Below, one piece after another: positions 23,695 to 36,800 of a stretch of DNA of 64,000 bases (position 1 is its first letter; each line of letters opens with the position of its first letter). The notes under the pieces are model-generated. The model was not told the origin of the DNA. It saw only the letters and a list, made by a program, of their open reading frames with translations, and made no database searches. This DNA is from Dendrobates tinctorius (Eukaryota). Position numbers and translations under genes: made by a program. The stretch covers positions 3,968,001 through 4,032,000 of the forward strand of contig NW_027362008.1 in NCBI RefSeq assembly GCF_039654945.1, given 5' to 3'.

Positions 23695-26600
23695 ATGGTC
23701 AACATGGGAAAGACAAAGGAGCATTCCAAGGCCATCAGAGACAAGATCGTGGAGGGTCACAAGGCTGGCAAGGGGTACAAAACCCTTTCCAAGGAGTTGG
23801 GTCTACCTGTCTCCACTGTTGGGAGCATCATCCGGAAGTGGAAGGCTTATGGGAAGGGAAGCAAAAGACCAGAAAAAGCCATACACCTGACAAATGCTAT
23901 TGAGAACTCTGCTAATAGAAGTGGAAAGGAAGAACAAAGACGAAAGAATCTAATTAATAAAAATATTGGAGAAAGAGAAACCAATCACAAACTAAAATGT
24001 TTCTATACTAATGCACAAAGCATGGGCAACAAACAAGGAGAATTGGAACTACTAACACAGGAAAAGAAATATGATGTCATTGGAATCACTGAAACTTGGT
24101 GGGACGATACACATGATTGGAATACAAGACTAGAAGGATACAACTTATTTGCAAGAAACAGACTTGATAAACGAGGAGGGGGTGTTGCATTGTATGTTAG
24201 AAACGCATATATCTGCACAGAGATTGAAGCTTCAGAGACTGGGAGTTCTGTGGAAACTGTTTGGGTAAGAATACAAGGACAGAACAATGGAAAGGACACC
24301 ATTGTAGGCATTTACTACAGGCCGCCTGTGCAAGCTGAAGATATGGATGAACTCTTTATGCATCAAATGGCCAAGTTCTCCAAAAAATATGACATAGTTG
24401 TCATGGGAGATTTCAACTATCCAGACATTTGTTGGGAATCTCTCTCAGGCAAAACTAACAGGTCAAGGAAATTCTTATCCTCTCTTGCTGACAACTTTAT
24501 CTTCCAAAAGGTAGGGGAGAAAACAAGGGGAACTGCTACCTTGGATCTAATCCTTATAAACAGGGAGGAAATGGTTGAGGAGGTAAAAGTGGCTGGAACC
24601 CTAGGAGGTAGCGACCATGCTATTTTAGAATTTTGGATAACTAGAGGCGGAAGACCTGTGAAGACTCAGACGTCAAGGTTAGATTTCAGAAAGGCAGATT
24701 TTAAGGGATTCAGAAAGATAATTGGAGGAATCCAATGGCTGGATATCCTTAAAGACAAAAATGTCCAGGAAGGATGGGAAATCTTGAAAAATGAAATTCT
24801 CAAAGCACAGTTGTTAACAATTCCGAAAAGAGGGAAGAATAGGAAGCATTTAAGGAAACCAGGATGGGTGAACACAGAACTTAAGCACATGCTAAAAAGG
24901 AAGAAAAAAATGTTTATAAAATGGAAAGAGGGAGGCATATCTAAAGAAGAATATAATGCTGTCTGCAGAATCTGCAGGGCACAAATCAGATTAGCTAAAG
25001 CTGAAAATGAATTGAGGCTTGCAAGAGATGTCAAAAGCAATAATAAAGGATTTTGGGGATATGTCAAAAGTAAAAGAAAAGTCAAAGATGCTATAGGATT
25101 TTTACAGGATGAAAATGATGAAATGGTAAGACAGGATGTTGAGAAGGCTGAACTTTTAAATTCCTATTTTGCATCTGTTTTCTCTCAGAAAGGAAATGTA
25201 ACACCAACTGTTATTCACTGTCCTATTAAGGGAATAGAAGAATCCAGGATATCTATAAACAGAAAGATAGTGAGGAAACACTTAGCTAACCTAAATGAAT
25301 TCAAGTCTCCAGGTCCAGATGAATTACACCCCAGAGTACTGAAGGAGATAGCAGAAGAAATTTCTGAACCACTCTCCATAATCTTTGAAAATTCTTGGAG
25401 AACAGGAGAAGTGCCAGAAGACTGGAGAAGAGCAAATGTTGTTCCTATCTTCAAAAAGGGGAAGAAGGTGGACCCAGGCAACTATAGGCCGGTGAGTCTG
25501 ACTTCTATACCAGGAAAGATCTTTGAACAAATTATTAAACAACATGTAAGTCAATACCTGGATAAGAATGAAGTGATCAAACAGAGTCAGCATGGGTTTG
25601 TAACTAATAAGTCATGTCAGACTAACTTAATTTCCTTCTATGACGGTATCACTGATTGGGTGGATCAAGGAAATGCTGTAGATATAGTATATCTTGACTT
25701 CAGCAAAGCATTTGACAAAGTCTCTCATACAATCCTTATTGAAAAAATGACTAAGTATGGAATGGACAAGGCAACTGTTAGGTGGATTCATAACTGGCTT
25801 AGTGATCGGACCCAAAGAGTGGTCGTAAATGGCTGCACATCCAGTTGGAAGAATGTCTCAAGTGGGGTACCACAGGGCTCTGTCCTGGGCCCTGTATTGT
25901 TCAACATCTTTATCAACGATTTAGATGAAGGAATTGAGGGTAAACTGATTAAATTTGCTGATGACACAAAGCTAGGAGGGATAGCTAATACTAGAGAAGA
26001 GAGAGAGAGGATTCAAAAAGATTTAAATAAACTGGAGAAGTGGGCAGTAACTAACAGAATGGTTTTTAACAGGGAGAAATGCAAAGTACTACATCTGGGC
26101 AATAAAAATGAAAAAAGCATATATAGAATGGGAGGAATAGGGCTAAGTGACAGCACATGTGAAAAAGACTTGGGTATACTAATAGATCACAGACTGAATA
26201 TGAGTCAACAGTGTGATGCAGCAGCAAAAAAGGCAAATGCAGTTCTAGGATGTATTAACAGAAGCATACAGTCTAGATCACGTGAAGTCATTATTTCCCT
26301 CTACTCCTCTTTGGTCAGACCTCATCTGGAATATTGTGTCCAGTTTTGGGCACCACATTTTAAAAAAGACATCAACAAACTGGAGCAAGTTCAGAAAAGA
26401 GCAACCAGAATGGTGACCGGTCTGCAAACCCTGTCTTATGAGGAAAGGTTGCAGGATTTGGGAATGTTTAGTTTGCAAAAGAGAAGACTGAGAGGAGACT
26501 TAATTGCTGTCTACAAATATCTAAAGGGCTGTCACATTGTAGAAGGCTCAACTTTATTCTCATTTGCACAAGGAAAGACTAGAAGCAATGGGATGAAACT

Positions 26601-26754
26601 GAATGGGAGGAGACACAGATTAGATATTAGAAAAAACTTTTTGACAGTTAGAGTGATCAATGAGTGGAACAGGCTGCCACGAGAAGTGGTGAGTTCTCCT
26701 TCAATGGAAGTCTTCAAACAGAGGCTGGACAGACATCTGACTGGGATGATTTAG
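23695..26754 (+). CDS. Chimeric ORF (1019 aa): Tc1 N-terminal HTH (~53 aa) fused in frame to CR1 ORF2 (APE endonuclease + reverse transcriptase)
   Basis: MGKTKEHSKAIRDKIV..STVGSIIRKWKAYG is followed by [50 protein letters not shown] and FADD with no stops. Expression is unknown. Confidence 0.7.
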   Translation: MVNMGKTKEHSKAIRDKIVEGHKAGKGYKTLSKELGLPVSTVGSIIRKWKAYGKGSKRPEKAIHLTNAIENSANRSGKEEQRRKNLINKNIGERETNHKLKCFYTNAQSMGNKQGELELLTQEKKYDVIGITETWWDDTHDWNTRLEGYNLFARNRLDKRGGGVALYVRNAYICTEIEASETGSSVETVWVRIQGQNNGKDTIVGIYYRPPVQAEDMDELFMHQMAKFSKKYDIVVMGDFNYPDICWESLSGKTNRSRKFLSSLADNFIFQKVGEKTRGTATLDLILINREEMVEEVKVAGTLGGSDHAILEFWITRGGRPVKTQTSRLDFRKADFKGFRKIIGGIQWLDILKDKNVQEGWEILKNEILKAQLLTIPKRGKNRKHLRKPGWVNTELKHMLKRKKKMFIKWKEGGISKEEYNAVCRICRAQIRLAKAENELRLARDVKSNNKGFWGYVKSKRKVKDAIGFLQDENDEMVRQDVEKAELLNSYFASVFSQKGNVTPTVIHCPIKGIEESRISINRKIVRKHLANLNEFKSPGPDELHPRVLKEIAEEISEPLSIIFENSWRTGEVPEDWRRANVVPIFKKGKKVDPGNYRPVSLTSIPGKIFEQIIKQHVSQYLDKNEVIKQSQHGFVTNKSCQTNLISFYDGITDWVDQGNAVDIVYLDFSKAFDKVSHTILIEKMTKYGMDKATVRWIHNWLSDRTQRVVVNGCTSSWKNVSSGVPQGSVLGPVLFNIFINDLDEGIEGKLIKFADDTKLGGIANTREERERIQKDLNKLEKWAVTNRMVFNREKCKVLHLGNKNEKSIYRMGGIGLSDSTCEKDLGILIDHRLNMSQQCDAAAKKANAVLGCINRSIQSRSREVIISLYSSLVRPHLEYCVQFWAPHFKKDINKLEQVQKRATRMVTGLQTLSYEERLQDLGMFSLQKRRLRGDLIAVYKYLKGCHIVEGSTLFSFAQGKTRSNGMKLNGRRHRLDIRKNFLTVRVINEWNRLPREVVSSPSMEVFKQRLDRHLTGMI

Positions 26755-26848
26755 CGAATCCTGCTTTGAGCAGGGGGTTGGACCAGATGGCCCAGGAGGT
26801 CCCTTCCAACTCTACGATTCTATGATTCTATGATTCTATGATTCTATG
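23849..26848 (+). mobile_element. CR1 LINE (CR1-B), truncated at the ORF1/ORF2 junction, ORF2 intact
   Basis: Begins ATGGGAAGGGAAGC (matches just downstream of the ORF1 stop in CR1-A) and ends in (ATTCTATG)4. Microhomology with the target TATGG; no clear TSD. Confidence 0.96.
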
Positions 26849-29800
26849 AACTACTGTTAGCCTTCCACGGCCTGGACAGCCTTTGAAAGTTTCCTCCCGT
26901 GCCGAGGCCAGGCTTGTCCGAAGAGTCAAGGCTAACCCAAGGACAACAAGGAAGGAGCTCCGGGAAGATCTCATGGCAGTGGGGACATTGGTTTCAGTCA
27001 ATACCATAAGTAACGTACTCCACCGCAATGGTCTCCGTTCCAGACGAGCCCGTAAGGTACCTTTACTTTCAAAGCGTCATGTCAAGGCTCATCTACAGTT
27101 TGCTCATGATCACTTGGAGGACTCTGAGACAGACTGGTTCAAGGTTCTCTGGTCTGATGAGACCAAGATCGAGATCTTTGATGCCAACCACACACGTGAC
27201 GTTTGGAGACTGGATGGCACTGCATACGACCCCAAGAATACCATCCCTACAGTCAAGCATGATGGTGGCAGCATCATGCTGTGGGGCTGTTTCTCAGCCA
27301 AGGGGCCTGGCCATCTGGTCCGCATCCATGGGAAGATGGATAGCACGGCCTACCTGGAGATTTTGGCCAAGAACCTCCGCTCCTCCATCAAGGATCTTAA
27401 GATGGGTCGTCATTTCATCTTCCAACAAGACAACGACTCAAAGCACACAGCCAAGAAAACCAAGGCCTGGTTCAAGAGGGAAAAAATCAAGGTGTTGGAG
27501 TGGCCTAGTCAGTCTCCTGACCTTAACCCAATTGAAAACTTGTGGAAGGAGCTCAAGATTAAAGTCCACATGAGACACCCAAAGAACCTAGATAACTTGG
27601 AGAAGATCTGCATGGAGGAGTGGGCCAAGATAACTCCAGAGACCTGTGCCGGCCTGATCAGGTCTTATAAAAGACGATTATTAGCTGTAATTGCAAACAA
27701 GGGTTATTCCACAAAATATTAAACCTAGGGGTTGAATAATAATTGACCCACACTTGTATGTTTAAAATTTATTAAAATTTAACTGAGCAACATAACTTTT
27801 TGGTTTGTAAGATTTATGCATCTGTTAATAAATCCTGCTCTTGTGTGAAGTTTGAAGGCTCTAACTTATTTGCATCTTATCAAACCTGCTAAATCTGCAG
27901 GGGGTTGAATACTACTTGTAGGCACTGTATTCTAAGCATTATTCATACTGCTGAAGAAAAAAATTAGTGGTCTTTATTGTAGATCTGACATCTAACATTA
28001 CCCTATTTCCTCAGATTTAATAAACTCATATTTCTGTAAGTAGCAGGATGGGACCCCATAATTAGGCCGGATTAGGTTGTATGAGTATGTGTGAGCTAGT
28101 AAAATCCTCTATGTGAGAGATATTTAATTTTTAGTGGAAATCTCACATTATAGAGGATATCTGATTAAGAGCAGAGTAGAACTGATGTCTGCAGGAATTA
28201 TATCTACTAGTAGAAGATATCTATAAGTCTTCTGTTCTTTTATATCAGATATGTTTTCCCTTCTGCTGTTCAGCTGTGTAATCTTCTGTGTTGTCTTTTT
28301 CTTAGGTCGGCATGCAGGAGGACATGTTGAAGCGTTGTGTTCCTCAGATCGCCAGTGCTCTGGACTTTATGCATAACAGAGGAATGGTTCATCGGGATAT
28401 CAAGCCAAATAATATTCTTCTGATGGATGCAGAATGTCACTGGATAAAGCTGGCAGACTTTGGACTCACCAGGCTCCAGGGCACATTTGTTCCTTTTGTG
28501 CCCTGGTATAAACCCTACACTGCTCCAGAGCTCTGCTGCCTTAGACCAGGAGAACAGTTGTTGCTACATCCTAGTCTTGATGTCTGGGCTTTTGGTGTAG
28601 TCATTTATTATGCTCTTTCTGGACTCTTTCCTTGGCATGGGGCAAAACGCGGTGATCGAGATTATATAGAGTTTGCCTGGTGGCAGGTTGGAAGAGAATT
28701 GTCAAAAGCTCCAAAAAAGTACAAGAAAATTTTAGTGGAGGCCAGAGTAATGTTCTGGGAACTGCTTCAAATAAATGCCTCTAAGAGAGGCTCGGCCATT
28801 GACATTCTAAAATTTATGCACTTGCCATGGAAAGCCGAGGAATGTTCAGAGACCGAAGCAACCTGATATGTTGAATCTATGACAAACTGCAATATGATAT
28901 TTGTTTTTTTAATCAATAATGTCTACAAAGCAGACTGTGAACTATTGTAAATAGCTCAATAAATGAATAAAACAGACTTGAATCTTACTAAAGTTTGTCT
29001 CGAGTAAAACAGAAAAAAATATAGAAGTTACGGGTATACGAACATGGGACACTCCCAAAACATTTTTTAAGTCAGATTTTTTTCATAAAAGTAACAAAAC
29101 ATAAAAAATGATATAGAAAAGGAATTGTCATGGTATTGCTATTCACATTCTACATATTTTACATTGACATGCTTTAGCACTACAGAGTGCAACTTTTTTG
29201 TTTATTGAAAATGAAGGTATCTGCACCTAGTCGGCTCCTGTTCACTTTAGCTTGGAAGTGCCAGTCTTTTTGTCACTAAAAAAATAATACTGGTACTTTA
29301 TTCCCAAATTCGATAAATATGCTGAGCCTCCATCTTGCTATTTGGACTGGATATTATGCCCATTGGTTGAGAAAACTCCCTTGGTTATACAGGACACAAG
29401 ATTTTTTACAAATACAGGATGATTTTGATTGACAAGAATTATTGCAGCTGGTGACAATCCTTGTGCTTTTGCTTTGCACACAATTCCTTTCAATTTGCAG
29501 GACCCTGGTATAACCAGGCAGCTGATACAGCAATGGATTCACCAGTTGCCGTGACTTGTAAATATATTTTTTGGAGAAAGATACTTAATTTGAACAATCC
29601 ATTTCTGTTACATATCAAATTATTCTTACAATTTAAAGACAATATTCTTATAGTAAGAAGAGATGTGTCTTTTCCTTTTTGGAAAGCATGCAGTAAAAAA
29701 TAAAATCATTATGAGTCAACACAAATTCTAATAATTTGAAAACAAAACTCTTGAGTGACTGAATATGATTGCCCTTTGTGCTCAAAAATATTTTACTGCC

Positions 29801-32278
29801 TGAGTTCCCAATTCATAACAGATTCTGGTATAAAATATCTCAATGTAAAGTCTCACTATCATTCTTGTGGGTGGCCAGGACTTCCAGCATTACCAGACCT
29901 CTGACTTCACTGTGCCTTTGTGGGGAAAAAACTTGGCACTCATAGTAAAATCAGAGGATTTTATATTTGAATTTATTTAACATTGTCGGAGAAGAGATTT
30001 CTATTTCTACTTGGGTAGTTTCTGTCTTATGGGTACCTATGCAATGAAGCATAATGAGAGAGACAGACTGCTCGCTGTGTTTCCAAATCGTCTCTAAGGT
30101 TTATTGACAGTGTGAACTTTTATAGAACAAGATCAAAAAGAAATGAAGAATACATAAGAATTGGCAAAATAGAAAGGGAGGTTACACAATCGTTGACATA
30201 AAAAGATAGGTTATACAATGAGTTGTCAACCACATCCTCGGACACAAGATAAAATTAAATGAAAAATGACAGGAATACAGGGGTGCTTTCCAAAAGTCAA
30301 TGTGCTCTAAGTTAATAGTCATGAGTTCATATTCAAAAGATATTTTTCTAAAAAGATGTTAGAACATTTCACCTCAAAAGGGAAGAGAATGCATGTCCTT
30401 CAGATTTTCTGGGAATTGTAGGAACTGACCATTAGCCATAGGACTGTGACCACATAGACAGATGATAACTGGATGTCACGACTAGTGACGAGTTCGCTGC
30501 CGAGCCAACACCTCCACGTCGACGACCACGACGATGTGGGGTGAGCGTCCCAAGTGGGGATGGAATGTGGACCCACTGGACCACAGGGGGGACCCAGGCC
30601 TACCCAGACTAGGGAAGAGTAGCGACCGGGGTCTGTGGCAGCTGAGCATGTGGACGAGGAGGCAGAATGACATGACACCGCACACTTCAGGTATAGACAT
30701 AAAGTTTACTTGAACAAGACATGGTACATAAACGAAACAGTTATGCAAAGCTCCCGGTTCCGCACATCAGGGAAGGGTACATGTCTCAGGATAACAGAAG
30801 AAAGGCAGGAGGTCATTACGGGTTGAGCAGTCCAGGGTTGTCTGGCATGGGTATACTAGGGCGGCCTCTTCCTCAGTCCTCAGGGGTAGCAAAGGGTCAC
30901 CAGGAGAATATCAGACACCGACCACAAACAGACTTCAGAAAATGGCAGGCATTGTCTGACATTTCAATCACATCCATACACGCAGTACTTCTGTATTCTC
31001 CCGCTACCCGTATTTTATCAAAAAAGCTCTAATGCCAATGGACAAAAACATAAATCTTATCTATTTATAGAAACTCTTGGTTGGTTCACTATATCCTCTA
31101 ATTAGTGTCCTATCTGAGTACCCGGTTGCATACAAAAAAATTGAGCAATTATATTCACATATTGTCTTCACGTGATTTTCCCACTTCATTACAAACTCCC
31201 ACCCGGTTCCTTCCATTAGGTTTTTCCAAGGAGCAACTAACCAGAGAGTTTTATCTTAATCGCTGCTTTGAGCAACAAAAAGGCTGTTTATACACTGAGC
31301 ACACATCATTTAGTCTCCATACATCAACAGGGCTGCTTTACAGTAGTACGAAATGAATATGTTGAAGTGTATTTTCCTGGGCCCAACCAGTATGTGGGTA
31401 CCAAGGTGTAATGGGGTGCATAGGACTATGCAGCAGGGCAGACATTGCTGTCACTCTGTAAACAAAAGAGTAGGCGAGAACCGTATGAATATGGTGAAGT
31501 GTATTTTTTTCCTGGGCCCATCCAGTATGTGGGTTCCAAGTGTTTAATGGGGTGCATATGACTATGGTATGAATCTCGGAAAAAAATATTTAAAGCTGTG
31601 AACTAGGAGTCAGGAATGCTTCCAGGGGCGATCCCCATGAATTCCCCATTTCATTTGAGCAGTGTTTAAATCATTTTCAGATGTTTCTAGACCTTAAAAT
31701 GACCCCCTTGGGGGATCACAGCAAAAATGCTCGGGTTTCCCATAGACTTATATTGGGCTCGTTGTTCTGTCCGATTACCCAAGTATTACAATTTGCTCGA
31801 CCCGAACAACGAGTGCCCAAGCATTTTAGTGCTCGCTCATCACTAATCCCAGTACTTAAAAAGCGATACTCAATTCATGGAGAATAACTTCTCTGAAATT
31901 CAAATTAATTGGGAAAATCCAAACGGTTAAGCGATTTTGAATTTTGCTGATCTGACCCATGTTATAAAACAATCTTATCATATATTGTGCACGATGAATG
32001 CCGCATGAAGGGAAAAGTGAAAAACTGCTAAACTTGCTATTCTTGTTCATCTTACCTCACTAAAAAATTGAATTAAAAAAATCATGTATCCCAACGCTGT
32101 ACCAAAACAACTAGTTTTGTACCCAAAAACATGTCCTCATGCAGATCTGCATTCAGAAAAATAAAAAGCAATGACTCTCAATATGACAGCTATAAAAAAC
32201 ATATTGTGATTTTCTTGGGTATGAACATAATCATGTCAGCACACAGAATAAAGTGAACAAGTCAATTATACTGCTTAC

Positions 32279-33440
32279 GTTTGAAAATCCACCAGGCTTC
32301 CCTATTTTGTAATGTAACCTCCGTATCACCCCCTCTGATGGGTGTGTGTATTTTTTCAATTGCATACACCAGAAGTGTTTTCAGGTCATCTTTATGACAT
32401 TCAATAAAATGTTTTGACACCTGAGATGTGTTCCTTTCCATGTTAATATTCTCTGTGTCATAGATGTGTTCCCCAATTCTTTTCTTCAGCTTGCGTTTTG
32501 TGCTTCCAACATGTTTTAGATGGCAGAAGGTGCACTCCATAATATATACCAAGGTTTTAGTGCTACAATTGATAAAGGTTTTAGTAGCAAAATTCTTGCT
32601 TTCACTAGAATCTCCAAAGCTAGAGCTCTCTTTAGTGTATTTACAGGACTTAACGCCACACTTATAAAAACCCTTGGTTTTCTGCCAATTTGTGGATTGA
32701 ATTTGAGACATATTCAAAAAACTTGGCAAAAGGCTCTGACCTAAAGATGGTGCTCTCCTAGAGTCTATTCTAAATCCTTTCCCTATAATACTATCTATAT
32801 CTGGATCCTCTTTTAATACAGATAAATTATTTTGAATAATTCGTTCAATAGAGGCAAACTGGTTACTACACTGCGAGACCAATGTTACAGGAGTGACTGA
32901 ATGTTCATGTGTGTTACACTTAGGTTTGAATCGCGGTTTTTGAGCCACAATGTTTTCAGCTTTGCTTAAACTCCATTGGGTATAACCCCTTTGGGTCAAT
33001 CACTGCTTAATGTTAGAAACTTCCTGTTGATAATCTGTATTTGTGCTACAATTGCATTTAGCTCTTGTCATCTCCCCAACAGGTATACTTTTAATTGTAT
33101 GTTTAGGATGATGGCTTTTTCCATGGAGTATAGCATTGCCTGCTGTGTTCTTTCTAAATTTTTGTGTTACTACAGGTTTACCTGAAATTCCTTGTAAAAT
33201 CAAATAAAAAAAATCAATGCATGAAATTTTATGGCGGACCACAAATTTTAAATTCAAGGGATTGCAATTAATATAAAAATTAAAATCCTGTATGGCAGAT
33301 ACATCAGAATTCCAGATGATAATGATATCATCTATGTATCTGCCTTACCAATAGACACAATCTTTAAATGGATTATTTACAGTATAAATATACAGCTCTT
33401 CCCACCAGCTCATTACCAAGTGAAATTAGCAAGTGAAGTT
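32279..33440 (-). mobile_element. Penelope-like RT/GIY-YIG fragment (unit 2)
   Basis: ORFs 32262-32999 and 33000-33257, separated by an in-frame stop. Confidence 0.88.
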
Positions 33441-33899
33441 GTCAAGCGATCCACTATATGACCAAGATGAAAATCTTTCTTTGCAATTGCGGCTTGTTCC
33501 CAGTCAACTTACGTGTATCGTTATATTTTACTTTTGGTTATGTGTGTTTTTCCATGCGTTATTCATCCTGTTTTGAATGTGAATGTTTTTTCTTTGTCAT
33601 CTAGGAATATTTAACACCATCCACTATATGATTAAGATATAAAGTATTTTTCGCAATTGCGGCTTGTTCCTCGCTAGTTTATGTGGATTATTATGCAGGA
33701 GCATATTGCTATCTGTGTTTTTTATGCGATGTAGATCTGGTTTTGAATTAAATTGTTTTCATTTTTGCTTTCACCTAGGTACTTTTACCCTCCTCCGCTG
33801 AAATTGTGTTTTTAGATCTGTGTCTCTTACTATTACTCTATGACACTCAGTGTATGATAGAGAGAAATGTATTTTTCTTCTTTCTATGATTGTTATTGA

Positions 33900-36800
33900 A
33901 TCATAGAATCATAGAATCATAGAATCATAGAATCGTAGAGTTGGAAGGGACCTCCTGGGCCATCTGGTCCAACCCCCTCCTCAAAGCAGGATTCGCTAAA
34001 TCATCCCAGTCAGATGTCTGTCCAGCCTCTGTTTGAAGACTTCCATTGAAGGAGAACTCACCACTTCTCGTGGCAGCCTGTTCCACTCATTGATCACTCT
34101 AACTGTCAAAAAGTTTTTTCTAATATCTAATCTGTGTCTCTTCCCATTCAGTTTCATCCCATTGCTTCTAGTCTTTCCTTGTGCAAATGAGAATAAAGTT
34201 GATCCTTCTACAATGTGACAGCCCTTTAGATATTTGTAGACAGCTATTAAGTCTCCTCTCAGTCTTCTCTTTTGCAAACTAAACATTCCCAAATCCTGCA
34301 ACCTTTCCTCATAAGACAGGGATTGCAGACCGGTCACCATTCTGGTCGCTCTTTTCTGAACTTGCTCCAGTTTGTTGATGTCTTTTTTAAAATGTGGTGC
34401 CCAAAACTGGACACAATATTCCAGATGAGGTCTGACCAAAGAGGAGTAGAGGGAAATAATGACTTCACGTGATCTAGACTGTATGCTTCTGTTAATACAT
34501 CCTAGAATTGCATTTGCCTTTTTTGCTGCTGCATCACACTGTTGACTCATTTTCAGTCTGTGATCTATTAGTATACCCAAGTCTTTTTCACATGTGCTGT
34601 CACTTAGCCCTATTCCTCCCATTCTATATATGCTTTTTTCATTTTTATTGCCCAGATGTAGTACTTTGCATTTCTCCCTGTTAAAAACCATTCTGTTAGT
34701 TGCTGCCCACTTCTCCAGTTTATTTAAATCTTTTTGAATCCTCTCTCTCTCTTCTCTAGTATTAGCTATCCCTCCTAGCTTTGTGTCATCAGCAAATTTA
34801 ATCAGTTTACCCTCAATTCCTTCATCTAAATCGTTGATAAAGATGTTGAACAATACAGGGCCCAGGACAGAGCCCTGTGGTACCCCACATGAGACATTCT
34901 TCCAACTGGATGTGCAGCCATTTACGACCACTCTTTGGGTCCGATCACTAAGCCAGTTATGAATCCACCTAACAGTTGCCTTGTCCATTCCATACTTAGT
35001 CATTTTTTCAATAAGGATTGTATGAGAGACTTTGTCAAATGCTTTGCTGAAGTCAAGATATACTATATCTACAGCATTTCCTTGATCCACCCAATCTGTG
35101 ATACCGTCATAGAAGGAAATTAAGTTAGTCTGACATGACTTATTAGTTAGAAACCCATGCTGACTCTGTTTAATCACTTCATTCTTATCCAGGTATTGAC
35201 ATACAAGTTGTTTAATAATTTGTTCAAAGATCTTTCCTGGTATAGAAGTCAGACTCACCGGCCTATAGTTGCCTGGGTCCACCTTCTTCCCCTTTTTGAA
35301 GATAGGAACAACATTTGCTCTTCTCCAGTCTTCTGGCACTTCTCCTGTTCTCCAAGAATTTTCAAAGATTATGGAGAGGGGTTCAAAAATTTCTTCTGCT
35401 ATCTCCTTCAGTACTCTGGGGTGTAATTCATCTGGACCTGGAGACTTGAATTCATTTAGGTTAGCTAACTGTTTCCTCACTATCTTTCTGTTTATAGATA
35501 TCCTGGATTCTTCTATTCCCTTAATAGGACAGTGAATAACAGTTGATGTTGCATTTCCTTTCTGAGAGAAAGCAGATGCAAAATAGGAATTTAAAAGTTC
35601 AGCCTTCTCAACATCCTGTCTTACCATTTCATCATTTTCATCCTGTAAAAAAACTATAGCATCTTTGACTTTTCTTTTACTTTTGACATATCCCCAAAAT
35701 CCTTTATTATTGCTTTTGACATCTCTTGCAAGCCTCAGTTCATTTTCAGCTTTAGCTAATCTGATTTGTGCCCTGCAGGTTCTGCAGACAGCATTATATT
35801 CTTCTTTAGATATGCCTCCCTCTTTCCATTTTATAAACATTTTTTTCTTCCTTTTAGCATGTGCTTAAGTTCTGTGTTCATCCATCCTGGTTTCCTTAAA
35901 TGCTTCCTATTCTTCCCTCTTTTCGGAATTGTTAACAACTGTGCTTTGAGAATTTCATTTTTCAAGATTTCCCATCCTTCCTGGACATTTTTGTCTTTAA
36001 GGATATCCAGCCATTGGATCCCTCCAATTCTCTTTCTGAATCCCTTAAAATCTGCCTTTCTGAAATCTAACCTTGACGTCTGAGTCTTCACAGGTCTTCC
36101 ACCTCTAGTAATCCAAAATTCTAAAATAGCATGGTCGCTACCTCCTAGGGTCCCAGCCACTTTTACCTCCTCAACCATTTCCTCCCTGTTTATAAGGATT
36201 AGATCCAAGGTAGCAGTTCCCCTTGTTTTCTCCCTTACCTTTTGGAAGATAAAGTTGTCAGCAAGAGAGGATAAGAATTTCCTTGACCTGTTAGTTTTGC
36301 CTGAGAGAGATTCCCAACAAATGTCTGGATAGTTGAAATCTCCCATGACAACTATGTCATATTTTTTGGAGAACTTGGCCATCTGATGCATAAAGAGTTC
36401 ATCTATATCTTTGGCTTGCACAGGCGGCCTGTAGTAAATGCCTACAATGGTGTCCTTTCCATTGTTCTGTCCTTGTATTCTTACGCAAACAGTTTCCACA
36501 GAACTCCCAGTCTCTGAAGCTTCAATCTCTGTGCAGATATACGCGTTTCGAACATACAATGCGACACCCCCTCCTCGTTTATCAAGTCTGTTTCTTGCAA
36601 ATAAGTTGTATCCTTCTAGTCTTGTATTCCAATCATGTGTATTGTCCCACCAAGTTTCAGTGATTCCAATTACATCATATTTCTGTTCCTGTGTTAGTAG
36701 TTCCAATTCTCCTTGTTTGTTGCCCATGCTTTGTGCATTAGTATAGAAACATTTTAGTTTGTGATTGGTTTCTCTTTCTCCAATATTTTTATTAATTAGA

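Larger units (their letters stand above)
23337..27927 (+). mobile_element. Tc1 DNA transposon (DD34E, IR/DR-like ends) in intron 3 of kinase copy 2, carrying a nested CR1
   Basis: Perfect 46-bp TIRs (23337-23382, 27882-27927), TA TSD, inner repeats at ~23517-23538 and ~27728-27749. Empty site CATATTC in the other copies. Removing the CR1 restores a 340-aa ORF (23704-23852 + 26849-27722) with WSDE, QQDND and SPDLNPIE. Confidence 0.96.
22631..28866 (+). pseudogene. SBK1-like: SBK1-like kinase copy 2, pseudogene; exons 22631-22805, 23105-23303, 28306-28866
   Basis: A 1-bp deletion in exon 3 (ACCGTG>ACATG) gives TGA at 23125-23127. G-loop reads GTVSFG; a 3-bp deletion gives DIFH; the promoter is deleted up to the TATA; a 4.6-kb Tc1/CR1 sits in the last intron. 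Confidence 0.9.

Noticed and set aside
24003-26717. Recurrent antisense ORFs (MPTMVS.., MTFLLL.., MPGSTF..) in every CR1
   Set aside because: Shadow ORFs of ORF2 that recur only because the element is repeated; no recognisable domain.
26810-26848. Short tandem repeat as a CRISPR-like or satellite array
   Set aside because: It is the standard CR1 (ATTCTATG)n tail and has no spacers.
26883-27722. 279-aa independent transposase gene
   Set aside because: It is the C-terminal part of the interrupted Tc1 ORF, starts at TTG and lacks the first HTH.
30400-31887. Short ORFs repeated in each unit's downstream region
   Set aside because: They lie in LTR-like and hAT-like remnants, their frames differ between unit 1 and units 2-4, and they carry no motifs.
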